A stretch of 64,000 bases of DNA from contig CM106585.1 of the NCBI GenBank assembly GCA_048013815.1, positions 4,216,001-4,280,000 of the forward strand, in the 5' to 3' direction. Both the position numbers and the translations under genes were made by a program. Origin of the DNA: Setoptus koraiensis (taxonomy: Eukaryota; Animalia; Arthropoda). Numbering within the stretch: the stretch's first letter is position 1; the number at the start of each line of letters is the position of its first letter. Of this stretch, positions 32,301 through 43,467 are shown piece after piece. The notes under the pieces are model-generated. The model saw only the letters and a list, made by a program, of their open reading frames with translations. It did no database searches and had not been told where the DNA came from.

Positions 32301-35242
32301 ATTATTTTCACGAAATCGACTGAGATCCGCTGAAAAATCATCTGAAAAATCGTCGCGGCAAAAAAGCTCGCAGCGCGCCTATTTCTGGTGCATTGGCTAA
32401 AAATTACCATTGGCTGCATGGCTAAAAATTGCCATTGATCACGCTACCCGTTAACAGTTGTCGGCCCACTGGCTGTTTCCGATTTTCGGCTCTTCTGTTG
32501 GGGCCAGTGTTGGCCCCTTCCGCTTACCTTTGCTCACTCACTACATTGTGTTTGATTTAACAGACACAGGGCCCAGAGTGCGTGCGCTTGCGTGATACAA
32601 ACATATACATATTATATTTTTGTATATATTTTATATGTTGCATCGGCGGGTTTTGCGTAAGCCGTCGATACAATATACAAGATATAAGGCCGACAACGGC
32701 GCCGCCGTGACGCTGGAAAGTGCATAACTTTCTCCTGTCCGACAAACGCACTCGTTCCTATTTTTGTTTTGTATGCACGTCGCCACGAGATGTTTCGATG
32801 GTTTTATTTTATACGTTTCTCTGTCTCTGGCCGTTTCTGCGTCGCTGGGGCCATTACTGTCGCGGGCATTATGCAGTTGATGATGGTGGCGGCGAATTTC
32901 CACCGAAACAACTGCAGCGACTCCACAAAATACACGCACGTAAAAAAGCCAGCAGCGTGCAAGTCGCTTAGAGAGAGAGAGAGAGTTTTAGAGAGCAAAG
33001 AATTCGCTGCGTTCGGCGTTCTCGGCCGTTCGCCGTCGAACGCTCGCTCCGGCCGCCCTCCGACGCCGCGGCGCTCCGTGCGGCTCAGCGGCGCTGCGGC
33101 GCTGCGGCCGGCGATTTTATAGCTGGCAGACACGTCAGAGTCGCCACCAGCGCCACTTATAATGAGCCGGAGAATATGGCGTAACTCTCTCTTTCGCTAA
33201 TAGTGCCCGCCACGTACCGCGTGCCGCGGCGTTGCGCGTATGCACACGCGCGTATTGCGTCGCGCATACTACGTAGTACATTGTTCATGCCCGCGAACAT
33301 TGTTCGCTGTCGCAATCGCGCAAACAATCTATTCTAATTCCGAGCGCCAATCCTCTTTTTGCGCCGTTGCTGGCCCCTGTGGCCTGGCTCGTGCTGCCGG
33401 CCACTCGTTTTTTGGCCGAGCAGGCGCTCGAGTGACCGACGTGCAGCGCTGGCGCGCGCTGGTTCCGTTCCGGCCAACCGGCCCCGGCTTACGGGGGCCC
33501 ACAGAGCCCAGAACGCGGACCGGCCAGCGGCAAAGAACCCGAGCGTCGCAGAGCCTAGAACCCAAAGGGGCCCAAGAGGCGGACAGAAAGCGGGGCCAGC
33601 CTTGCGAGCGGCCAACGCAGGGCCCAAACCGAGAAGGGGCCAAAAAAGGGCCGAGCAGAAAAAATCGAATCGGTTGCCGCTGGACTGATTACGGAAACCG
33701 GTTATGTGTGACACAGTGGCGACAGTGGCGACATTGGCGACTGTGCCACAGGGCCGCAGTGGGCCCTTTGGGGGCCGCGATGGCGGCGTCGTTTCGCCGC
33801 GCTAACACCATTTGGCGTGTCGGCCGCGCTATTACCCTTGCCCGGCGCGCGCGGCCGCTAACCGTCCGGAGTCCGGACCGACCGGACCGCGGGCCTATAA
33901 TAACGTATATGATATGTAATGCGGCGCTGCCATGCAACACCGGGCAACGGCGCCGCGCCGGCAATCATATCTCGCGCTAACACAGCGATATGTTGCCAGA
34001 GAATGCGTTGTTAGCAGTTGTGCAGTTTGGCGTGGTCAGTTAAAAAGCAACACGACAAAAATGTGTGTCACATAACCAGTCCTGCCCACCGCTGTCGGCC
34101 ACTGCGCTCAACTGACCAAACCCGACTGGTCCGCTGTTGGCGAATCCGCTCAACTGACCGGACCAGTCGGGTTTGGTCAGTTGAGCGCCAATCGGTTAGT
34201 TGTTACGAACTATTACGGATGTGGCCGCTCCTCCGGCGCCATCTGTCCGCTCCTGTCCTGCTGGCCCCGTTCTGCTGGCCCGTCCGCACGGCTCGGCTCG
34301 ATTGGGTTCGGTGGGTCGGGCCGCTGACCAGTCCATCTGTTGGACTGGCCAGCGGTGGTGCGCAAAGGCCGCGGCTCGTTGCAACGACAGGACGCACCGT
34401 AATGGTGCGCCCGTCGTAATTTTGTGCCTCTTTATGCACGAAACAAGTAATGGCAAACACATTGTGTGTGTGTGTGTATTTGTGTACAATGATAAAAATT
34501 TGCATCATCGTTCTCACAGCAACGCCGACGACAACAATGCCACAACAGCGTCGCAATCAATTTGGCGCCCGCTCTGGCCAGCGCCGGCCCGACTAGCCTC
34601 TGGCCGGAGCTGACCAGAGTTACCTCTAGCCGCCCCCAGTTGCCGGCTCGAGACACGCTGGCCGCTGGCGAAGGTTGGGCGCAACAACAATGGCCACCTT
34701 ATGTGTGCCGTCGGCTCGTATGCGGTCGTAGTGGGTCGTATGTGGTTGCAGTTGGTTGTTGGTGTGCAAGCCAAAAACTTGTGTGCCGGTCACTGGTGCC
34801 AATCACGTTGCTTCGGCATGACACTTGGTGTGGGAGTTTTTTTCTCTCGGTTCGCCAGCGCCGCGCCACGCCGCACATTGTGTGTACATTTGATACACAT
34901 TGTTGGGCCGCTTGTTGTCGCTGTTACTGGCCGGTGCTGTTACCCAAGTTATCGCATCGCTTGCTTTCGTTGAACCCAACAATCGTTGGCGTTCCAATCA
35001 TTATTTACTTGTTAACTGTTGTCGTTGGTGTCGTTGTTGTCGTTGTTGGTGCCGCTGTGTCGCTAGCACACCGTTGCTAGGACACCAACTCCATGACCAC
35101 GCCAATCTGCACAAATTGCAATATCGCCAATATCGTCAAACTCACAACTGGCCTCGCAACAGCCTCGTCGGCCAGCTTATCCAGTCGATATCGTCCAACG
35201 ATAATCACACACAAGATATGGACATTCGAGTCCAATGATTGC

Positions 35243-35343
35243 TCGTTGTTGTCGTTGTCGTCGTCGTTGTTGTTGTTGCTGTTGTTGTTGCTGTTGTTGT
35301 TGCTGTTGTTGTTGCTGTTGTTGTTGTTGTTGTTGTTGTTGTT
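35243..35343. repeat. (GTT/GCT/GTC)n trinucleotide microsatellite
   Basis: Seen directly; source of the poly-C/V/L/Q ORFs. Confidence 0.95.
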
Positions 35344-36307
35344 TGCAATTACAATTGGTCGTCATTTGCAGCCTATTGCTCATTGACACGCATGAGGGGC
35401 AACTGCGCATGCGCGCAGCGCTCTAATTGTAGTAATTGTAATTGTTAGTTTGCGCGTTACCTAATCAACGATTATTATTAAATATTGATATTGTATTATG
35501 CGCATATATTAAACAGCTTGCGATTGAACTCGCTGGCCACTGGCCAGTCTGAACAACACAACACAACACAACTCAACACATACACTCATATTTGCATATA
35601 CGTAATATGCATAAATGTCCGAGCAACGAGAGAAACAAGCCGCTCACGTCACACTGTCAATGTGGGTGTGACAGTTGTGAGCTTTACCTTGTGAGCGGCA
35701 TGAGCGGCTCAGGAGGCTGCTGAGTGTAGCGGTCGCAAATTGTGACAAAGTCTGCTCGGCTGCTGAGGCTCAGCACGATGTCAGCACGACGGCAAAGGGT
35801 GAACAGATTGATTGACAGATTGATTGCGATTTGCAACAATCAACAATCAACAATCTACTTGCAAACCGTTGAACTGTTCAACAGAGCTGTTGTTAAACAA
35901 AACCGTGCGTCTCCATGTCCATCGGGTCTGTGTTGATCGCCCACGAGATTAATCAATGAGCCTGGTTGCTGTTGTTGTCGTCACAAGCGACTTTGAGCTG
36001 TTAATTATTTACTATCACCATTTATTATTTACTGTCGTGCTCGCTCACTTGCTGTAAATGTAACTGTAAATCGGCCTGCGACCAACTTACTTGTCAGAGT
36101 CACTTGTCAGAGTCACTCGTTAGACTCGCTCGTTGGCATTCCTTGCACTCGCAATTCGGACGCTTTGCCGGTGCCGCTGCTCGTTACTTGTTAGTTGAGT
36201 GCCGTTGTATTCGGCAAATTACAAGTGTCGAGTGTGCAATTATAGTTTTGCATACTTGTTTCGTACAAAATTCCGTCGTGTCTCTGTCGTGTCTCTATCG
36301 TGTCTCC

Positions 36308-36406
36308 AATAGAGACTCTCTGTCGTGCCTCTAATAGAGACTCTCTGTCGTGCCTCTAATAGAGACTCTCTGTCGTGCCTCTAATAGAGACTCTCTGTCG
36401 TGCCTC
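36308..36406. repeat. 25-bp minisatellite AATAGAGACTCTCTGTCGTGCCTCT x4
   Basis: Units start at 36308, 36333, 36358 and 36383, head-to-tail with no spacers. Confidence 0.95.
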
Positions 36407-39397
36407 GACGGTGTCCATAATCTATAATCTGGCGACGCAAATTGAGCAGTCAAGTGCCGCTCGAGCCCTTCAGCGGCTGGCTGGCACTCGATAGACTGCA
36501 CTTGTTGATGCTGCCGCTAACGGGTTGCCCGTTGCCCGGTACTCGTTACCCGTTAACCGTTACTCAGTCAGCTGTTTCTGGCAGCACAGTTATTGGGGCT
36601 GGTGTGCACATGTCGCGTTGTAGCTGGCCGGTGTGGTCAATGTGCGAGCAGTGTCGCGCACAATGTTCACACCGGCACAGCAATTCACTAATTAATTAAC
36701 CCGATAAAGGCGCGTGTGCGACTGCGCAGCTCGCCATTCACAATGAGCATTGAATTTGAATGGCACTAGGCACAACACATACGCGACATACGATAATTGT
36801 ATTACGATTCGCATGATACGACGACATAAAATGCGCAAAGTGCGTATATAATGATCATATTATGTTGTATTATGATCTGTTTGCGGTGCTGGCCGCCGAC
36901 TCATGTGTCGCCAGCGCAGCAACAGTGCAGCCAGATGACAGCCAGTGACAGTGCACTTGTCATACTATAGCCGCTATAGTATAGCGATACTCTAGTGATA
37001 GCATGGCAATGGCCCAGTGGTGGCGCAGCGATCGCTGCAGCGATAGTTGGCCTTGAATGGGCGACACAAGCTGGCCATCGATCACTTTGTCTAGGGCAGT
37101 TTGGCGAGCCATTTATTGCCATTACACACTGAACATTATCAACTACTGGTATCACGGTGACACATACGCCGCATCGACTGGCGACGGCATGGGCGACACA
37201 CACGCCACACAACGGCACCAGAAGCATGCGACTCTCGGCGGTTAGTCGCTCGCTCGGTTAGCTAGTTGGCCCGTTGGTTGGTTAGTTAGTGCTCAATTGA
37301 GCCGTGATAACTGAACGATAGCGCTCAAATGACGCCCGCTACAACCGGCGCACAATTGTCAATTTGAGTGCGTGGTGCGCAGTGTGCAGTCTTTCGCGCA
37401 CGATGACGCTTACGTAACGCTCACATAGAGCGCACAAACAAACCTCACCAGCCAGCTTGACAATTTTCACGGTCACGCCGCACACACACACACACACGCA
37501 CACACACACACACTCTGTGACACACAGTCTGTGACACGCAGCGCGCAGCGCACAGCGCACACGGCGAGCGCAGTGCGCGGGCACAGCAAGACCGGCCGCT
37601 CATCTATAATGGTCAACGCTATATAGATTTGCGCTAGATTTGCGCTAGATTTGTTTATCTCTTCATCATGGCGAGCGCGTCTTGTTTGGCCATTTGCAGC
37701 GCAACAGTGCCAATTTATCGCCTATCCATCGCGGTTACATATCCCCTGTTACACACCGTGTACACTGTGTGCCCAATGTTGTGTGTCCGCCGCTGCATAG
37801 GCGCTGTTAGGCGACGTTACGCGATGTTATGCGCTGTTGCGCCGACTAGACGCCACTCGGCTTGCTTATTTTTGGCACTATTGGCGCTGTTGGCTGCGAT
37901 TGGCGCTGCCAACGGCCGTCAACATCGGCCAACATTGGCTCTGGCGTCGCTACGAGCGGTTAGTTTTCGCCGCAGCCCGCCAGTGCAAACACACTTGGCT
38001 CAGCCAGCCAAATATCTGCTGCTCGTCGCGATCTCGGCTCCCCGAGGCCGCGTCTGCCATGTTGTTTGAGCCCTCTCCGGCGCTTCTCTGCCGATTCTCG
38101 GCCGCTCCTCGGCCGCTCATCTCTGCGGCGCTCGTCTGTGCGGCCCGGAGTGCTTGTGTGCGCACGCTGCGCCCGCGAACAGTCTACGCAACACAGGGCC
38201 CATATGTGCGATGTGTGCAGCATGCAATAGGCGGCCATTGTTGGCATTGAACTTGTGCACTTGTTCCCGAAAGTGCTCGCTCGGCCGGCCCTCGCGGCCG
38301 CCACGCCGCGCTCATGCAACAACAACAACAAGCTGCAACATCCACACCAACGTCCACAACAGCGGCAACGACAACAACAGCGGCAACGACAACAACAGCG
38401 ACAACGACAACAACAGCAGCAGCAACAACAGCGATAATGATCGCCAGAATGCGCTCATGGCCAACGCGACATTTTGGAGCGGCCCGCTCGGCATGCCCGC
38501 TCGGCCCGCTACTAGTTGTGCACACAAGCGTAGTCACTACTGGCTCTGACTACACTTGTGTGCTGGACAGTTGCGGCTGGTCGCCGCTAGTTGCGGTCGC
38601 CGGTGTCGCGGCGTTCGCGGCGCCCGCTCGGCCAATCAACTGATCGTGGCCAGATAGCGCCCGAGTAGCGGTCTCATGACGCCCGTGCCCGTGAGCCACT
38701 CGCTTGCACTCAAACTCGCACTCACTTGCGCTGGCGCTCACTCTCATGCGACGCGGTCGGTGCGATGCGAGCGCACACGATCCGCTATCGGCCGCCCTCG
38801 TCCGCCATCATGCGCCATCATGCGCCGTCATACGCCGTCATCCGCCGTCATACGCCGTCATGTAGCCGCCCGTTGAATCGTAGCGGGCCAAGATGGCGTA
38901 AATGGCGTAGATGGCCGACGATGGCCGACGAGAGCAGATGAGAGCAGATAAGAGCCAGCGAGAGTGAGAGAGAGAGAGCGCAACAAGCGCGTCGCGTCTT
39001 GCGCGCAAGCAACAGTGAATTGGCAGAGATTATGCGAGTATAGGAACAAAGAGATAACATTTGTTGCACAATATGTTGCTGTTGCGCACTCGGTCGCCGC
39101 TGCACTTGTGCCCGTTGGCCTATAAGCGGCCCGTTGCTCGCTGCACCGCCCAGTTGCCCGTTGCACCGGCCAGTTGCTCGGTGCACAGTTATGCCGGTCG
39201 CACACACACTGCTCGCAATCGCTTGTGCAACGCACCGCCGGCCCGATCGGCCATTAAATCTGGGCACTCGCATTTGCGGGCACTGGCGCGGCCGCGCGGC
39301 CGCGCGGGCGCTCGGTCGCAACGGGCTGCCGGCCGCCGCCGCTCCAATCGACCATTGCGACTGCATCGGCCTTTCTGGCCTCTCTGGCCTTTCTAGC

Positions 39398-39468
39398 GTT
39401 TATGCCGTTGCTGGCGTTTATGCCGTTGCTGGCGTTTATGCCGTTGCTGGCGTTTGTGGCGTTGCTGG
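39398..39468. repeat. 18-bp tandem repeat (GCGTTTATGCCGTTGCTG), about 4 copies
   Basis: Seen directly. Confidence 0.85.
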
Positions 39469-39948
39469 CGGCGCCAGCGGCGCTGCGGACGACACAAGTG
39501 CGCCGGCCGGTGCATAACTGCTGCTGCCGCCGCCGCCCCTGCCAACATAACCAGTGCGCGGCCGGTGCAACCGTGCGGGCAATATAACCGGTGCGGCCGA
39601 TATAACCGGCGCAGGCAACATAACTGTTGCTGCCACCGACGACGCTCAATGGCGAGCGCAGATTCGCTCGCCCGGAGCGGGCCGCCAGAAGGCACAGGGG
39701 GCAGCGAGCAGCAACGAGGAGCGACGATGAGCGGCGAGCGGCAACGGGCAGCAACGAGGAAGAGCGGACCGAACCGGCCGACGGGCGCATCGAGCGGGGG
39801 GCAGCGGGCAGAAAGTAAAATGGGGCAAAAAAGTCGCTGCTCGGTGAGAACGGCACCCGCCACTCGGCGCTGGCCGCCGTCAGCGGCCAGTGGGGGCCGG
39901 CAGCGGCCGAAATGCACCGGCCATGAGAGCCCGCGGACGGATTCACTT

Positions 39949-40022
39949 TGCGGACGAGACTCGGTTGCGGACGAGACTCGGTTGCGGACGAGACTCGGTG
40001 CGGACGAGACTCGGTGCGGACG
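39949..40022. repeat. 16/17-bp tandem repeat (GCGGACGAGACTCGGT[T]), about 4.5 copies
   Basis: Seen directly. Confidence 0.9.
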
Positions 40023-41481
40023 GGCGCCGCTGCACCAGTTGAGCCGGTCGGCGGTGTTGCGCTGATTGCAGCCTGTGCGCGCTGGTGCTGCCGGCGAGGT
40101 CATCGAACTTGGCCCGGCGAGAAGCCCGTGGCCCGCGCTGCAAAATAAATCGCTAAATCGAGGCTCTCGCTGTGTTGTCGTTGTTGATGTTGCTGTTGTT
40201 GCTGCTGTTGTTGCTGTTGCTGTTGGTGAGCTTTTTTGTTGGTGGCGCGCTGGTCAGTGCTGGTCAGTGCTGGTCGGTGCTGGTCAGCGGTGCAGCCACT
40301 ATACAACCGTGCAGCTATACAACCACCGCACCACAACTATGTGCGCTCATTTTACGATTGCTCATCGCCGCCGCTAACTGTTGAGATGATGTTGGCCTTG
40401 AAACGCGCACACACACACACACTCAGTCGCGGATTCCGTTAGTTGCTGACCAGCGCACACACACACACACACACACGCGCGGATCAATTGGGGGCCTTCG
40501 AAAGGCACGCAACGGAGCGAATAGCGGACGGCCGCCAACAGCCGAGCGGCCAATAGCGGCCAGCAGTGGGAACGGACACTCGCTGTTGTTGTTGCTGTCG
40601 TTGTTGGCGTCGTTGTTGCTGCTGCTGTTGCCGTTGTTGGCGTCGTTGCTGCTGTTGTTGCTGTTGTTGTTGCTGTTGCTGCTGTTGTTGCTGGTGGTTC
40701 GGTGCGGCGCGCTGATGCAGCCCAGCTCCGAGTGACTCGCTGCCGATTGGCGCTGATATGTGTGTGCTCTGGCGATGTGTGTGCGAACCGGCAACAGCTA
40801 GCGACCAGCAACAACAGGCTGACAGTGAAAGAAGTTGGCCGAATTCTTCGCTCCTTGGGCCAGTTCTCGCTGACCAGCACTGACCAGCGCCGGCCAGTGG
40901 ATGCCAGTGCCAGCATCGCTGCACCAGGCAACCGGCTCAGACCATCATCATTATCTCGAGCGCCAGGCAGGCGGGCCAAGTTCGATGACCGCTGCTCGAT
41001 GCTATCTCTCCCACAAACGGGCACACACAGAGGTACTGTGCTGGTGCAGTGATTAAACAGGCACTTCGGCCACTGGCCACCCCCGTGCGCAGAACCCAGC
41101 CACGGCGCAACCGGCCCATTGCGATAATCGGCCTGGCGCACACGCCAGCGGGGGCCCGCACTGTCCGAATGTTTGATCACACGATAGCAAATGAGTTGAG
41201 TTGACACACACACACACAAATAACTGTTTTTTACGTTGCTGGCCACTCGTCGTGCCTGGCCTCCTCCTCCGCATCCAGTTATACACGCAGTGTGGTGAAT
41301 GTTGCTGTCGTTGTTGCTGTTGGTTGCTGTTGTTGCTATTGGTCGTTGTTTGCTCGCTGTTGTGCAGCCTTTGCCATGACTGTGTGTCCTGTTACTTTGC
41401 TGCGCCACTCCGGTCAGTCTGCTATGCGCCGCTCTGCTCCGGAGTGCAACTTTGTACTCTATACTTTATGTTTTATACTTT

Positions 41482-41522
<41 letters not shown>

Positions 41523-41534
41523 CACACACACACA
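41482..41534. repeat. (CA)n microsatellite
   Basis: Seen directly. Confidence 0.95.
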
Positions 41535-41968
41535 CGCTGATGCATGAGAGGGCAAATGCAAAAAAGTGCACAAGTAGCAACGCCCTGAGGATCTGGTGCG
41601 CGCATGCGCAGCTCTCTAAATTAGTTGTCGATTGTCAGGGGTGGCTATTAGATCAAATTGAATTGAATTGGATTGGATCGGACTGAACCGGGCCGGAGCG
41701 TAGCGGATTGAATTGAATCGAGCGGCAGCAGCAGCGGCGGCGAATAGCAACTGGACCGATAACTGAACTGGATTGCAAGATTGCGGGATTGCGGGACCGA
41801 ATCGAGTCGAGCAGAGTCGAGTAGAGAAGAGTCGAGTAGAATTGAGTAGAGCAGAGTCGAGTTGAGTAGCAGACGACGACGCGACCATGCGATCCAGTCC
41901 AATCCGATCAGATCAGATATTATGATTATTACGATGGTACGACATGAAACGATACAACGGTGATCCAG

Positions 41969-43273
41969 ATGCTAAAGTATCGCAAACAACAACAACAACA
42001 GGCCCAATCAACAACAACGAGCACGCCAACCACAACAACCATCGCACCAAATGAAACAACGCAACAACAACAACAACAACAACAAACAGCAACCACGCCA
42101 ACAATAATGCGTCCGGACACCAGTTCCCATTCTAGCCCAAATTCAAATTCTAACACCACTAATAGCTCTTCAAATAAATCATCATCCAATGGCAAGCAAT
42201 TCAAGTGTGACATATGCAAACGATCGTTTGGCTACAAGCACGTACTACAAAATCATGCCAGAACTCATACAGGTGAAAAGCCTTTCCAATGTAGAGAATG
42301 TGACAAAAAGTTTACTAGAGATCATCATCTCAAGACCCATATGCGCCTTCATACTGGTGAGAAACCGTTCACGTGCGATCATTGCGACAAACGTTTCGTG
42401 CAAGTGGCCAATTTAAGACGACACACTAGGGTACATACCGGTGAAAGGCCCTATGAATGTGCATTTGTTGATGCTATTAAAAAAGAGAGATGCCTATCGA
42501 AATTTAGTGACTCAAATCAATTAAAGGCACATATGCTAATACATAATAACGAGAAACCATTTCATTGTGTTAAATGCCAAGGCAATTATAGAAGAAAACA
42601 TCATCTTATGTCACACAAATGTCCAGCACACAATTCAAATACCCGAAGAGGTAGAAGGCCAACAGCATATGACACGTTGCCTGCCATTGAGAGCGGCGAA
42701 CCGCCACCAAATTCTAATTCGACAACATCAACGCCAACCTCTGTAACGCCAACCAGCAATGCCAGTATTATTAATATAACAACCCAATCGCAACAACATC
42801 AGCAACAGCAACAACAACAACAACCAAAACGACCTAGACAGTTACATCCTCATCCACATCAACATGCGCATTCACATCCTCATTCACACCCTCATTCAAA
42901 TCACCAAAACAATCAAAATCAGCCTCATCTACATCAGCACCAAATAAAACACGAACACCAGATAAAACACGAGCACAAGCACCTACATCAACACCAATTA
43001 CAATTACAAATTCAACATCAGCATCAACTTCAACATCAGCACCTGCAACAACAACGACACATCCTAAATAGTCCGGTATCATCATATCAAATACCCATTC
43101 AACATCTTCATTCGCCCCAACAGCAACAACCACTCGAACTAACAATGCAATCACCAATATCAGATCAATCTGACGATGACGAAGACGACGATGATCATGA
43201 TAATGACCAACATGACGACGGCGATCATAACGTCGACAAGCATGGCGCGTTGGATCTGTCCATAAAGACATGA
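41969..43273 (+). CDS. Kr: Kruppel gap-gene C2H2 zinc-finger repressor
   Basis: The fingers carry Kruppel-diagnostic sequences: [64 protein letters not shown] and [13 protein letters not shown]-terminal ALDLS resembles the PxDLS CtBP motif. First ATG at 41969; an upstream exon is not excluded. Confidence 0.93.
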   Translation: MLKYRKQQQQQAQSTTTSTPTTTTIAPNETTQQQQQQQQTATTPTIMRPDTSSHSSPNSNSNTTNSSSNKSSSNGKQFKCDICKRSFGYKHVLQNHARTHTGEKPFQCRECDKKFTRDHHLKTHMRLHTGEKPFTCDHCDKRFVQVANLRRHTRVHTGERPYECAFVDAIKKERCLSKFSDSNQLKAHMLIHNNEKPFHCVKCQGNYRRKHHLMSHKCPAHNSNTRRGRRPTAYDTLPAIESGEPPPNSNSTTSTPTSVTPTSNASIINITTQSQQHQQQQQQQQPKRPRQLHPHPHQHAHSHPHSHPHSNHQNNQNQPHLHQHQIKHEHQIKHEHKHLHQHQLQLQIQHQHQLQHQHLQQQRHILNSPVSSYQIPIQHLHSPQQQQPLELTMQSPISDQSDDDEDDDDHDNDQHDDGDHNVDKHGALDLSIKT

Positions 43274-43467
43274 ACCCAAAGATGATTGTACATAGATCAA
43301 ACTATTTTATTATTACTATTATTATTTTATTACATTATTATTATTATTAGATGTAAATTTTTATTATTGATATATCAAATAAATATAGCATATAAGAGAA
43401 CAGCGTACGATATATGAGAATCAATCAAATAAATTGCTTGATGAGCTGTCTGTCACCCTCTTTCAAT

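Larger units (their letters stand above)
29345..41968. promoter_or_regulatory. About 12.6-kb gene-free, GC/CpG-rich block upstream of Kruppel; candidate cis-regulatory domain
   Basis: No ORF with a recognisable domain; only shadow ORFs of GC-rich and microsatellite DNA. It lies directly 5' of a developmental transcription factor while housekeeping spacers nearby are far shorter. Confidence 0.5.

Noticed and set aside
36308-36406. 25-bp repeats as a CRISPR array
   Set aside because: The copies are head-to-tail with no unique spacers, there are no cas genes and the context is eukaryotic; it is a minisatellite.
36759-36768. AATGGCACTA resembling the miR-263/96 seed
   Set aside because: The sequence diverges after 10 nt and no complementary hairpin arm is visible.
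29640-41902. Dozens of 60-344 aa ORFs upstream of Kruppel
   Set aside because: They overlap on both strands and all frames, are Arg/Ala/Cys/Pro-rich, follow microsatellites and show no recognisable domain. These are shadow ORFs of GC-rich DNA.
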